This document shows, one piece after another, positions 8,258-17,974 of a DNA stretch of 64,000 nucleotides. The position numbers and the translations under genes were made by a program. Source of the DNA: an uncultured delta proteobacterium (lineage in GTDB: Bacteria > Desulfobacterota > Desulfomonilia > Desulfomonilales > Desulfomonilaceae); contig CAWBKB010000001.1 of assembly GCA_963789265.1 (NCBI GenBank), positions 384,001-448,000 of the forward strand, in the 5' to 3' direction. How positions within the stretch are numbered: position 1 is the first letter of the stretch; each line of letters begins with the position of its first letter. The notes under the pieces were generated by a model. It did no database searches. It was not told the DNA's origin and saw nothing but the letters and a program-made list of their open reading frames with translations.

Positions 8258-10630
8258 ATGAGACACAGCACAGTTAGGTCTGCGATCAGCCTCGCGTTGG
8301 TTGTTTGTTTTGCGCTGCCGGTGTTCGCGCAAGAAATTCTGCCGTTCCCGCCCAAACCTTCCGGCAGCATTGCCGCGCCCACCATGCAGGAGTCAATTTA
8401 TAGTCCGCTCCCGGCCGTGAAGCATCTGCCTAAGGATGCGCCGAACATTCTCATTGTGCTCATTGACGACGTCGGTCCCGCCCAGACGGATACTTACGGC
8501 GGGGAGATTCATACACCGACCTTGAGCAAGATAGCCGAGGAAGGGATCTCCTACAATTGCTTTCACACGACTGCAATGTGTTCGCCGACGCGCGCGGCTT
8601 TGCTGACCGGGCGAAACCAGCACCGAGTCGCCAGCGGCCAAATCGCCGAATTGGCCAATGATTGGGATGGATACATGGGCACCATCCCAAAGAGCAGCGC
8701 CACAGTAGCCGAGGTGCTCAAGGACTACGGTTATCACACCGGGGCGTGGGGCAAGTGGCACAACACGCCTGCCGTGCAAACTACCGCAGCAGGTCCTTTT
8801 GACAACTGGCCCACCGGCTACGGCTTCCAGTACTTCTATGGCTTTATTGGAGGGGAAGCGTCCCAGTACGAGCCGAACCTCGTACGAAACACGGCCTACG
8901 TCCAGCATCCCCACACTTCCGGTGGTCACAATTACTATCATCTGAGTGAGGACCTCGCAGATGACGCCGTCGGCTGGCTGCGGCAACACAAGGCCTCTGC
9001 CCCTGACAAGCCGTTCTTCATGTATTGGGCGAGCGGGGCCTCTCACGGCCCCCATCAAGTCCCGAAGGAATGGGCGGACAAGTACAAGGGCAAGTTTGAC
9101 GACGGATGGGACAAGTACCGCGAGCGCTGTTACCGACGTGCCAAGCAACTGGGCTGGATTCCGCAGAGCGCACAGTTGACCCCGCGACCCACCACTCTCG
9201 CTTCGTGGGATTCGATACCGGAAGACGAGAAGCCCTTCCAGCGCCGCTTGATGGAGGTGTTCGCCGGGTTTACCGAGCATGTGGACGCGCAAGTCGGCCG
9301 CATTGTCAACGAAATTGACCGCCTAGGCTATGGCCGGAACACCTTGATCTTGTTCATCTGGGGCGACAACGGCGCCTCAGCCGAAGGCCAGAACGGCACG
9401 ATCAGCGAATTGCTCGCTCAGAACAACATCCCAACCACCACGAAGCAGCAGATCAAGGCGCTGGATGAACTCGGTGGCCTCGACGTGCTCGGTTCACCCA
9501 AGACCGACAACATGTATCACGCCGGCTGGGCTTGGGCCGGTGGCTCTCCCTATCAGTACACGAAGTTGATCGCATCGCACTTCGGCGGTACCCGGAACCC
9601 GATGGCCGTGCGCTGGCCGGCGAAGATCAAGGCCGATGCCACGCCGCGCTCTCAGTTCCTGCACGTGAACGATGTAGTGCCGACCATCTACGCTATCTTG
9701 GGCATCACACCTCCCCGTGTGGTCAATGGCATTCCGCAAGACCCGTTTGACGGCGTAAGTTTTACCGGCACCTTCAACGATGCGAAAGCCAAGGAAGTGA
9801 AACGCACTCAGTATTTCGAGGTCATGGGTAGTCGCAGCATCTATCACGACGGCTGGATCGCGTCCGTGGTCGGCCCGCGCATCCCGTGGATTCCCGGTCT
9901 GCCGAAGGGCATCCTCGAATGGACGCCCGACAAGGACAAGTGGGAGCTCTACAACCTCAACGAGGACTGGTCGCAGGCCAACGATTTGGCCGCCAAGATG
10001 CCGGTGAAACTCGCCGAATTGAAGAAACTGTTCCTGGTGGAGTTCGCAATGAACCGTGGCTTGCCCATCGGTGGCGGCCTGTGGGTCCCCATGTTCCACC
10101 CTGAACTGCGCGCGGCGCCGCCCTACACGTCGTGGACCTTTCCGGGCGCGATCACGCGGATGCCTGAATTCGCCGCGCCGGCATTGGGCAACAAGCCCAA
10201 CGTTGTGACCATTGACGCAGACGTCCCGGCCAATGCCAACGGCGTGCTCTACAAGCTCGGTGCTTTCTCCGGCGGCCTCACCTGCTACGTTAAGGATGGC
10301 ACGCTGTCGTACGAGTACAACCTGTTCGAGATCCAGCGCACCGACATTAAGGCCAAGGAAAAACTGCCCATCGGCAAGGTGAAGATCGAAGTCGAGACTT
10401 CGTACGTCCAGCCCAAGCCGGCGGGCCCGCTGAAGGTAGTATTAAAGGTCAATGGCAAGGAAGTTGCCTCGGGCGTGGTGCCCGTCAGCGCGCCGCTGGG
10501 GTTTACCGCCAACGAGTGCCTGGACTTCGGTATCGACCTCGGCTCGCCGGTTGGTCTCGAGTATTACGACCAGGCGCCGTTTAAGTTCAACGGCAAGATC
10601 GAGCAAGCCCACGTGGAATACACCAAATAG
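8258..10630 (+). CDS. Arylsulfatase (Cys-type, long form with C-terminal beta domain)
   Basis: PNILIVLIDD, CSPTRAALLTGRN, GKWH motifs; signal peptide. Confidence 0.95.
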   Translation: MRHSTVRSAISLALVVCFALPVFAQEILPFPPKPSGSIAAPTMQESIYSPLPAVKHLPKDAPNILIVLIDDVGPAQTDTYGGEIHTPTLSKIAEEGISYNCFHTTAMCSPTRAALLTGRNQHRVASGQIAELANDWDGYMGTIPKSSATVAEVLKDYGYHTGAWGKWHNTPAVQTTAAGPFDNWPTGYGFQYFYGFIGGEASQYEPNLVRNTAYVQHPHTSGGHNYYHLSEDLADDAVGWLRQHKASAPDKPFFMYWASGASHGPHQVPKEWADKYKGKFDDGWDKYRERCYRRAKQLGWIPQSAQLTPRPTTLASWDSIPEDEKPFQRRLMEVFAGFTEHVDAQVGRIVNEIDRLGYGRNTLILFIWGDNGASAEGQNGTISELLAQNNIPTTTKQQIKALDELGGLDVLGSPKTDNMYHAGWAWAGGSPYQYTKLIASHFGGTRNPMAVRWPAKIKADATPRSQFLHVNDVVPTIYAILGITPPRVVNGIPQDPFDGVSFTGTFNDAKAKEVKRTQYFEVMGSRSIYHDGWIASVVGPRIPWIPGLPKGILEWTPDKDKWELYNLNEDWSQANDLAAKMPVKLAELKKLFLVEFAMNRGLPIGGGLWVPMFHPELRAAPPYTSWTFPGAITRMPEFAAPALGNKPNVVTIDADVPANANGVLYKLGAFSGGLTCYVKDGTLSYEYNLFEIQRTDIKAKEKLPIGKVKIEVETSYVQPKPAGPLKVVLKVNGKEVASGVVPVSAPLGFTANECLDFGIDLGSPVGLEYYDQAPFKFNGKIEQAHVEYTK

Positions 10631-10895
10631 CAGAAAGGTTCGTATGCGGTGAATGTCGTCCAACCTACATTGCTCAAATCGGCACTGGGCGCTGTCATCT
10701 CTATGATGACGCTTCCAGCGCCCGCTCTTGAGTGCTGCCGAACAGAAAATTCTCGTGGGAAAGAGCCAGCGGAACAAAGGGGCGAGCGAGTTACTGAAAT
10801 GCAAATCTTGGGCAGCCCAAGGTCGGGCCACCCGCCCATTCCGAGTCTTTCGAAAAGATAGTTTGACCACGACAAACATGAAAGGAAGTCATGGC

Positions 10896-12368
10896 ATGAA
10901 AATGAAGATTACTGTGAGCACAGTTTTGGCGTTTCTGCTAGTAAGTCTTATTGCAGTCCAGCCGGTCACAGCCCAGCAAGCCTCCAAAGTCAACGAGGCA
11001 GAGGCGCACGCCATTGGTGTCCAAGCTTACGTTTATTTTTATTCGCTCATCACGATGGATGTGACGCGAAGGCAGCTCACCAACGTCGAGCCGGGCAAGG
11101 GGTCAATCGGTGGTCCGATGAACATGTTCAACAACATCGCGGCGTTTCCGACCGTGGAGATGAGGGTGGTCGTGCGGCCCAACTTCGATACTCTCTATTC
11201 GTCGGCGTGGCTCGATCTCACCAAGGAGCCCGTGATCGTTTCAGTCCCCGATACAGGCGGTCGCTACTATCTGATCCCAATGCTCGACATGTGGACAGAC
11301 GTGTTCGCGTCGCCGGGATGGCGCACGACCGGCACCAAGGCGAGCAATTTCATCATCGTTCCGCCTGGCTGGCGGCCAGACTTGAAAGATCGGTTGATCG
11401 AGAAGTTCAAACTCCCGAAGGAGACCCAACGCATCGATGCTCCTACCCCATACGTCTGGGTCATCGGCCGAACCAAGACTGACGGCCCACCGGACTACGA
11501 TGCTGTTCACAAGATCCAGGCCGGGTACAAGGTTACGCCGCTCTCACAGTTCGGCAAGGCACCCCGGTCTGTTCAAGTCAAGATCGATCCCACGATAGAC
11601 ATGAAGACTCCGCCTAAGACGCAAGTTGACACCATGCCGGCCGGCAAGTTCTTCGCTTATGCCGCCGAGTTGTTGAAAGTGATTCCCCCACATATCACCG
11701 ATGAGCCGATTATCGCGATGATGAAGCGCATCGGCTTCGAAAAGGGCAAAAGTTTCGACATCAACAAGGTTGACCCTGTGATAAGAAGAGCCCTGGAAAG
11801 TGTCCCGGAGGACGCTCAGAAGCTCATGGAGTGGAAGATCCCCACGCTTGCAAAGGTCGTGAACGGCTGGTCAATGAATACAGATACCATGGGAGTGTAT
11901 GGCAATTACTACCTCAAGCGCGCCATAGTCGCCCAGCAGGGCCTCGGCGCCAACCTGCCCGGAGATGCGATTTATCCTCTGAATCTCGGCGACAAGTCAG
12001 GCAAGCCCCTCGACGGCTCAAACAAGTACACAATCCACTTTGACAAGGCCGCCATGCCACCTGTGAACGCCTTTTGGTCGATCACTCTCTATGACCAGGA
12101 GGGTTTTCAGGTCGCGAACAGCCTTAATCGATTCGCGGTCAGCAGTTGGATGCCATTCAAGTACAACCCGGATGGGTCGCTCGATCTCTATTTCCAGACT
12201 GAGAGCCCGGGCAAGGACAAAGAGTGGAACTGGCTGCCCGCGCCGAAAGGGCCGTTCAATCTGACCATGCGCCTTTATGCGCCAAAACAGGAAGTTCTTG
12301 TCGGGAAGTGGAATCCACCGCCGGTTGTGAGAGTACAGGCACTCCCGAGCGTAACGGGCGGCCAGTAG
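10896..12368 (+). CDS. DUF1254/DUF1214 exported protein
   Basis: VVRPNFDTLYSSAWLDL, FWSITLYD, NWLPAP, LTMRLYAP motifs; signal peptide from ATG 10896. Confidence 0.92.
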   Translation: MKMKITVSTVLAFLLVSLIAVQPVTAQQASKVNEAEAHAIGVQAYVYFYSLITMDVTRRQLTNVEPGKGSIGGPMNMFNNIAAFPTVEMRVVVRPNFDTLYSSAWLDLTKEPVIVSVPDTGGRYYLIPMLDMWTDVFASPGWRTTGTKASNFIIVPPGWRPDLKDRLIEKFKLPKETQRIDAPTPYVWVIGRTKTDGPPDYDAVHKIQAGYKVTPLSQFGKAPRSVQVKIDPTIDMKTPPKTQVDTMPAGKFFAYAAELLKVIPPHITDEPIIAMMKRIGFEKGKSFDINKVDPVIRRALESVPEDAQKLMEWKIPTLAKVVNGWSMNTDTMGVYGNYYLKRAIVAQQGLGANLPGDAIYPLNLGDKSGKPLDGSNKYTIHFDKAAMPPVNAFWSITLYDQEGFQVANSLNRFAVSSWMPFKYNPDGSLDLYFQTESPGKDKEWNWLPAPKGPFNLTMRLYAPKQEVLVGKWNPPPVVRVQALPSVTGGQ

Positions 12369-12529
12369 GGAATTAGGGAAGACATTGGCGGCGTGCCGTC
12401 ATCCTGGGCCGTGCGCCTAAAGCCCGGATGGTCTAATTAGTGGACGATGGCAAGAATGGGAACCCCTGACCACTGCTTTGTCTTTTTGCTTTCACTCCAT
12501 GCTCTAGTGAAGAAAGGTTTTATCATTTT

Positions 12530-12697
12530 ATGAATTTTGGTGAGCGTGTCCCCTCAATCAATCAAGATTTGGTCAGGTGCGAACGTATTATGGCGCTGGC
12601 TCTTTTGCTTGCCGTGATATGTATCTTTTTGGCCACGTTTAAACTGGCTTTGGGGCTTAACTCGAGAACAATGCCAGGTCAACAAAAGAGCGAGTAA
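12530..12697 (+). pseudogene. Truncated relic paralog of the PsiE-like membrane gene at 17527
   Basis: MNFGERVPSINQDLVRCERIMALALLLAVICIFLATFKLALGLN aligns with the 17527 N-terminus, then breaks off. Confidence 0.65.
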
Positions 12698-12831
12698 GTG
12701 ACCGAAATGCAAATCCGGAGGCGGGCCAACACGGGCCTGCTGGCGTACATTCCGAACGAATCGCCAAATCATGCAAGGAATCGAAGCCGCTGCCCTTTGG
12801 CTGCTCGGGGGATAAAGAAAGGATCAAGCCC

Positions 12832-15327
12832 ATGATGAAAGGAAAAGCAGCAATCTGGACGGTCTTGGTAGTCGCCCTAGCGGTCATGCCGGTGACTCTT
12901 CCTGTAATAGCCCAGCAGATTACCGGCGTACCGGGCTCACCGGATGCGACCACCACCATTGACGGAAAGCAGCTTCCACCGCCAAACCCGAAATTCGGTG
13001 GAGTGATCAAAGAGAAAGCCTCGGAGTCGAAGGCCTGGTGGCCGCCGCGCATCGTGCCGCCGAAGGGCGCACCCAACGTGCTGCTCATCATGACCGACGA
13101 TGTCGGCTATGGTGCGCCGGGCACCTTCGGCGGCGTCGTCCCGACCCCGGCCTTGGATCGCATCGCGAAGAATGGGCTTAGGTACACGAACTTTCAGTCC
13201 ACGTCGCTGTGCTCGCCGACGCGGGCAGCATTGATCACGGGACGCAACCATCACGTGGCGGGCTTTGGGGTCGTGGGCGAAATTGCGACGGGATTCCCGG
13301 GTTACGACTCGTACATCAGGAAGGAGAACGGCACCATCGGCACCATCCTGAAAGAGAACGGGTACGCGACCTCCTGGTTCGGCAAGGACCACAACACTCC
13401 CTTCTACCAGGCGAGTCAGGCCGGGCCGTTCGATCAATGGCCGACCGGGATGGGCTTCGAGTATTTCTACGGCTTCGTCGGCGGCGACACCAGCCAGTGG
13501 CAACCAAACCTGTTCCGCAATACGACGGCCATCTACCCCTTCCAGGGCCACCCAGGCTGGAACCTGACCACGGCCATGGCCGACGAGGCGATTCAGTACA
13601 TGAAGCAACTCAAAGAGATCGCTCCCGACAAACCGTTCTTTGTCTATTACGTGCCTGGCGGCACGCACGCGCCGCATCATCCGACGCCGGAATGGATCGA
13701 GAAGATCGGCGGCATGCACCTCTTCGATCAGGGTTGGAACAAGCTCCGCGAAACTATCTTCGCTAACCAGAAGCGGCTGGGCATCATGCCCAAGAACGCC
13801 AAGCTGACGCCGTGGCCGAAGGAACTGCCGGAGTGGGATTCCCTCAGCAGGGTGGAGAAGAAGCTCTTCATCAAGCAGGCCGACGTGTACGGGGCGTACC
13901 TCGCGTACACCGACCACGAGATCGGACGGGTCATCCAGGCCGTCGAAGACCTCGGCGAGCTCGACAATACCTTGATCATCTACATCAGCGGCGACAACGG
14001 AGCGAGCGCTGAAGGCATGCTCAACGGCACGCCGAACGAGTTCACCACGTTCAATGGCGTTGCCGTGCCGGTCAAGGACCAGTTTCTCTGGTACCCGTTT
14101 TGGGGCTCGGAACGGACGTTCCCGCACTTTGCTGCGGCCTGGGCATGGGCGATGGACACGCCGTTCAAGTGGATGAAACAGGTGGCGTCGCACCGCGGCG
14201 GGACGTCCCAGGGCATGGCCATGTCCTGGCCAGGCCACATCAAGGACGCGGGCGGCATCCGCCGCCAGTTCCACCACATCATCGACATCGTGCCGACCAT
14301 TCTGGAGGCGACTGGCATCTCGGCGCCCGATACGATCAACGGCATCAAGCAGCGCCCCATCGAAGGGGTGAGCATGGCGTACACGTGGGTGAAGGCGAAC
14401 GCCAACGCGCCTACGCGTCACACCACGCAGTACTTCGAGATGCTCGGCAATCGCGCCATATACAACGATGGCTGGATGGCGGTCACGACCCCGGCAAATC
14501 TTCCGTGGGAGCTGAGCACCGCCACACCTCCTGATGTGATCACCGGGTACAACTGGGAGCTTTACAACGTCCAGGAGGACCCCACCGAGTTCAACGACCT
14601 GGCCGCCAAGATGCCTGAGAAGCTCAAGCAGATGCAGGCCCTCTTCTATCTGGAGGCGAAGAAGTACGACGTGCTGCCGCTAGACAACACGACGCTCAGC
14701 CGCTGGAATGCGCCGAAGCCAAGCCTCACGGCGGGACGAAAGGTCTTTACGTATTCAGGCGAATTGACCGGCGTGCCTGCCAGCGCTGCGCCGGACATCC
14801 TGAATAAGTCGTACACAATCACTGCGGAGGTTGAGATCCCGAATGGGGGCGCGGAAGGCATGATCGTCACCCAGGGCGGGCGCTTCGGCGGCTACGGCCT
14901 ATTCCTGAGCAAAGGCGAATTCGGCTTCAACCGGGGCAAGGTGGTGTTCCTCTACAACCTGCTCGACCTCAAGCGCACGATGTGGGAGGGGCCTGAGTTG
15001 AAAGCCGGAAAGCACACCATCGTCTTCGACTTCAAGTCCGACGGTAAAGGTTTGGGAAAGGGGGGCACGGGCGTGCTGTCCGTGGACGGTAAGGAAGTGG
15101 CCCGTAATTCCATGGAACACACCACTCCGATCACGTTCCCGGAGGACGAAACCTTCGACATCGGCGAGGACACCCGCACCCCGGTTGCGATGCTGGAGTA
15201 TCGCTACGATTGTCCGTTTAAGTTCACCGGCAAGATCAACAAGCTAACATTTAAGCTCGGACCGACGCAGCTCACAGAAGCAGAACAAAGACAAATTGCT
15301 GTGGGCGCCGCCGGGTGGCAAGACTAA
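12832..15327 (+). CDS. Arylsulfatase (Cys-type, long form)
   Basis: PNVLLIMTDD, CSPTRAALITGRN; signal peptide; paralog of 8258-10630. Confidence 0.95.
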   Translation: MMKGKAAIWTVLVVALAVMPVTLPVIAQQITGVPGSPDATTTIDGKQLPPPNPKFGGVIKEKASESKAWWPPRIVPPKGAPNVLLIMTDDVGYGAPGTFGGVVPTPALDRIAKNGLRYTNFQSTSLCSPTRAALITGRNHHVAGFGVVGEIATGFPGYDSYIRKENGTIGTILKENGYATSWFGKDHNTPFYQASQAGPFDQWPTGMGFEYFYGFVGGDTSQWQPNLFRNTTAIYPFQGHPGWNLTTAMADEAIQYMKQLKEIAPDKPFFVYYVPGGTHAPHHPTPEWIEKIGGMHLFDQGWNKLRETIFANQKRLGIMPKNAKLTPWPKELPEWDSLSRVEKKLFIKQADVYGAYLAYTDHEIGRVIQAVEDLGELDNTLIIYISGDNGASAEGMLNGTPNEFTTFNGVAVPVKDQFLWYPFWGSERTFPHFAAAWAWAMDTPFKWMKQVASHRGGTSQGMAMSWPGHIKDAGGIRRQFHHIIDIVPTILEATGISAPDTINGIKQRPIEGVSMAYTWVKANANAPTRHTTQYFEMLGNRAIYNDGWMAVTTPANLPWELSTATPPDVITGYNWELYNVQEDPTEFNDLAAKMPEKLKQMQALFYLEAKKYDVLPLDNTTLSRWNAPKPSLTAGRKVFTYSGELTGVPASAAPDILNKSYTITAEVEIPNGGAEGMIVTQGGRFGGYGLFLSKGEFGFNRGKVVFLYNLLDLKRTMWEGPELKAGKHTIVFDFKSDGKGLGKGGTGVLSVDGKEVARNSMEHTTPITFPEDETFDIGEDTRTPVAMLEYRYDCPFKFTGKINKLTFKLGPTQLTEAEQRQIAVGAAGWQD

Positions 15328-15341
15328 ACGCGGTTCGACAA

Positions 15342-15478
15342 ATGAAAAACTGCTGCCTTTCGCCGCTGTGGCCAAAGCGACCACGGGTTTGGCGCTGCTG
15401 GTTGTTCCAGCGCTCGGCGGGCGGCTATTGCTCGGCGCCGAGCTTACCGGAATTTCGGTTCCTGTAAGCTCCTGTTAG
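15342..15478 (+). pseudogene. Relic of the small membrane protein gene that is intact at 16990
   Basis: KLLPFAAVAKATTGLALLVVPALGGRLLLGAELTG matches RLLAVVGAGEAFTGLALVIYPSPVVRLLFGAEIAG; ATG out of frame by one A; truncated. Confidence 0.6.
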
Positions 15479-15536
15479 CCGGTATCGGCACTCAATCGTA
15501 CAAGAGCTATCATGGTCCTAGCGAAAAGGAGTTGTC

Positions 15537-16955
15537 ATGAGATCGCCATCGAGGTTTTGGAGACTCTGCAAACTGTTGATTTTGGCCACCGCCTGCCTCG
15601 CACTCGTAATTTCCGTGATAAGCTGTGGGGTGGTGAAGGAAGGAGAAGCCTATCTTTATGGCATGGAATCATACGTATTTGGTTATCCGCTGGTGATGAT
15701 GGATGTGTCCCGAGAAGTGCTGACGGCCGCGGCGGCGCCAAACTCGGAGGGCACGGCCGCGCCGATCAACCAGCTCGCCAAGATGCCGCACTACGTCAGC
15801 CCCGATTTCAAGAACGTCGTGCGCATCAGCCTGAACTCCCTGTGGACGACCGGCTGGGTGGATCTCGAGAAGGACGCTATCGTGCTGTCGGTGCCAGACA
15901 CCAAGGACCGGTATTACGTGTTCTCGCTAATGAACATGTGGACCGACGTGTTTGGCTCCATCGGCAAGCGTACGACCGGAACGGGTCCGGGCAACTTCCT
16001 CATCGTCGGACCGAACTGGAAGGGCACTGCGCCGCCGGATGTTAAGCAAACTTTCCGGTCACCGACGCGGTACGCCTGGCTCCTCGCACAGACGCAGGTG
16101 AACGGCCCGGATGATTTCGCGGCGGTGAACGCGCTCCAGGCCCAATACAAGCTGACGCCGCTCTCCGCCTGGCGCAAGCCCTACACGCCGCCGGACAACG
16201 TACCAATCGATCCGAAAGTCGACCTCAACCTCATTCCGCCCGATCAGGTGGCCCGGATGGATGCCGGCACGTTCTTCAACCGCCTCGCGCTCGCGATGAA
16301 GGACAATCCGCCTTACGCTGACGACAAGCCGATGATCGAGAAGCTGAAGAAGCTCGGCATCGAGCCAGGCAAGCCCTTCGACATTGCCAAGGTGGATCCT
16401 AAGATAGCGGCGGGCCTCGCCAAGGCGGTCAAGGAAGTGCAGATCAAGATGGCGGAAGAAATCACCAAGATAAAGAACGTGAACGGCTGGATCAACCTGA
16501 CCAACCTGGGCCGCTACGGCACCGACTACAACACGCGGGCCGGCGTCGCGTACATGGGGCTCGGCGCCAACATGAAGGAGGATACCCTCTATCCCACGGC
16601 GTACTTCGACGGCGACGGCAAGTTGCTCGACAGCGCCAACAGGTACATCCTGCACTTCGAGAAGAACGCGCTGCCGCCGACGAACGCTACCTGGTCCGTG
16701 TCGCAGTACAAAGGCAACTTCTACGAGCGGAACGTCCTCAACCGCTATGTGATCGCCCCCTGGATGCCGCTCAAGTTCAACGCGGACGGCTCGCTCGATA
16801 TCTACCTCCAGGTCGACTCGCCAGGGCCGGAAAAGGAGTCGAACTGGCTGCCGACCCCGCCGGGGCAGTTCAATCTCACGCTACGCAATTATTTCCCGAA
16901 GGAAGCGGCGTGGGATGGCACCTACAAGGTGCCACCGGTCAAGAAGGTGCGGTGA
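15537..16955 (+). CDS. DUF1254/DUF1214 exported protein (possible lipoprotein)
   Basis: GYPLV, MNMWTDVF, GRYGTDYNTRA, NWLPTP motifs; AAGGAG RBS. Confidence 0.92.
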   Translation: MRSPSRFWRLCKLLILATACLALVISVISCGVVKEGEAYLYGMESYVFGYPLVMMDVSREVLTAAAAPNSEGTAAPINQLAKMPHYVSPDFKNVVRISLNSLWTTGWVDLEKDAIVLSVPDTKDRYYVFSLMNMWTDVFGSIGKRTTGTGPGNFLIVGPNWKGTAPPDVKQTFRSPTRYAWLLAQTQVNGPDDFAAVNALQAQYKLTPLSAWRKPYTPPDNVPIDPKVDLNLIPPDQVARMDAGTFFNRLALAMKDNPPYADDKPMIEKLKKLGIEPGKPFDIAKVDPKIAAGLAKAVKEVQIKMAEEITKIKNVNGWINLTNLGRYGTDYNTRAGVAYMGLGANMKEDTLYPTAYFDGDGKLLDSANRYILHFEKNALPPTNATWSVSQYKGNFYERNVLNRYVIAPWMPLKFNADGSLDIYLQVDSPGPEKESNWLPTPPGQFNLTLRNYFPKEAAWDGTYKVPPVKKVR

Positions 16956-16989
16956 ATCGGTTCCCATGTCTTCGCGTGGAGAAAAAGAA

Positions 16990-17397
16990 ATGGCAATAAG
17001 AAGGTTGCTTGCTGTCGTGGGAGCAGGTGAAGCTTTCACGGGGCTTGCTTTGGTGATCTACCCTTCGCCGGTCGTCCGGCTGTTGTTCGGAGCGGAAATT
17101 GCCGGCGCGGGGACTGTGATGAGTCGAATGGCCGGCATCGCACTGATCGCGCTGGGGGTCGCCTGCTGGCCGGGCCCACCGCTGGTCGGCATGCAGACCT
17201 ACAGCGCCCTGGCGACAGTCTATCTCGCTTACGTCGGTATCCGTGGCGAATGGGCCGGGCCACTGTTGTGGCCGGCGGTCGCGTTACACGCTGTCTTGAC
17301 GCTCCTTCTAGCAAGGGCGTGGTTTAGGACTAGACGGACTTGGGGGCTCAGCCATGAAAGGGTCGAAACAAAGCTCGAGAAATGGAGGCTTGACTAA
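16990..17397 (+). CDS. Small 4-TM membrane protein
   Basis: Hydrophobic ORF, EAFTGLAL and LWPAVALH motifs; relic paralog at 15342. Confidence 0.75.
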   Translation: MAIRRLLAVVGAGEAFTGLALVIYPSPVVRLLFGAEIAGAGTVMSRMAGIALIALGVACWPGPPLVGMQTYSALATVYLAYVGIRGEWAGPLLWPAVALHAVLTLLLARAWFRTRRTWGLSHERVETKLEKWRLD

Positions 17398-17526
17398 TAA
17401 GGCGCTACAATAAAAGATTGCCCCGGGGAGGCAGGGGAAGGCGACCAGGAGGACCATCTTCTTTTCGGGTAATGCCTGGAGAGGCCGGGATATTTGTAAT
17501 CACAGGAAACCCAGCAGAATGACACG

Positions 17527-17925
17527 ATGATGAATTTTGGCGAGCGTATCTCTTCCGTCAATCAACAACTGGTCAGGTGGTGCGAAAGCGTTATAGCACT
17601 GGCTCTTTTGCTTGCTGTGATATGCCTTTTCGTGGGCACGTTGAAAATGGCTTTGGGGCTTGACTGGAGCGCCATGACAACACTGCACGAGATTGGACAG
17701 AGAGTTCTCTTAATAGCCATAGGTTTGGAGCTGGTGCAGCTCTCATTTCTCACGAATTGTCTTCGCTGGTGAATTTGCTGGCTTCTGTCATTGCAAGAAG
17801 GATGCTCGAACCGCAAACCGACTTCTGAGAGTTTCCCACTGGGTGTGAGCGCCTTCGCGGGACTCATGGCTACCAGGCGCTATCTGCTAAATGGAGTGTG
17901 GCAAGACGCCGGCGATAAGGAGTGA
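17527..17925 (+). pseudogene. PsiE-like (phosphate-starvation-inducible) membrane protein, frameshifted
   Basis: VLLIAIGLELV continues in another frame as LISHELSSLVNLLASVIARRML, then an internal TGA and a further shift. Confidence 0.6.
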
Positions 17926-17974
17926 ATTGATTGATGAGAAGCTCCCACGTCTATGATGCGTGTAGTAAACGGAA

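Noticed and set aside
12937..14421. Long antisense ORFs (also 58-966, 8393-9292, 49612-50505)
   Set aside because: Shadow frames of GC-rich, codon-biased genes, with no recognisable motifs.
17847..17849. In-frame TGA as selenocysteine or recoding
   Set aside because: It lies in a multiply frameshifted membrane pseudogene; I saw no in-frame TGA at Cys positions in arsM, C_GCAxxG_C_C or the Mo enzyme.
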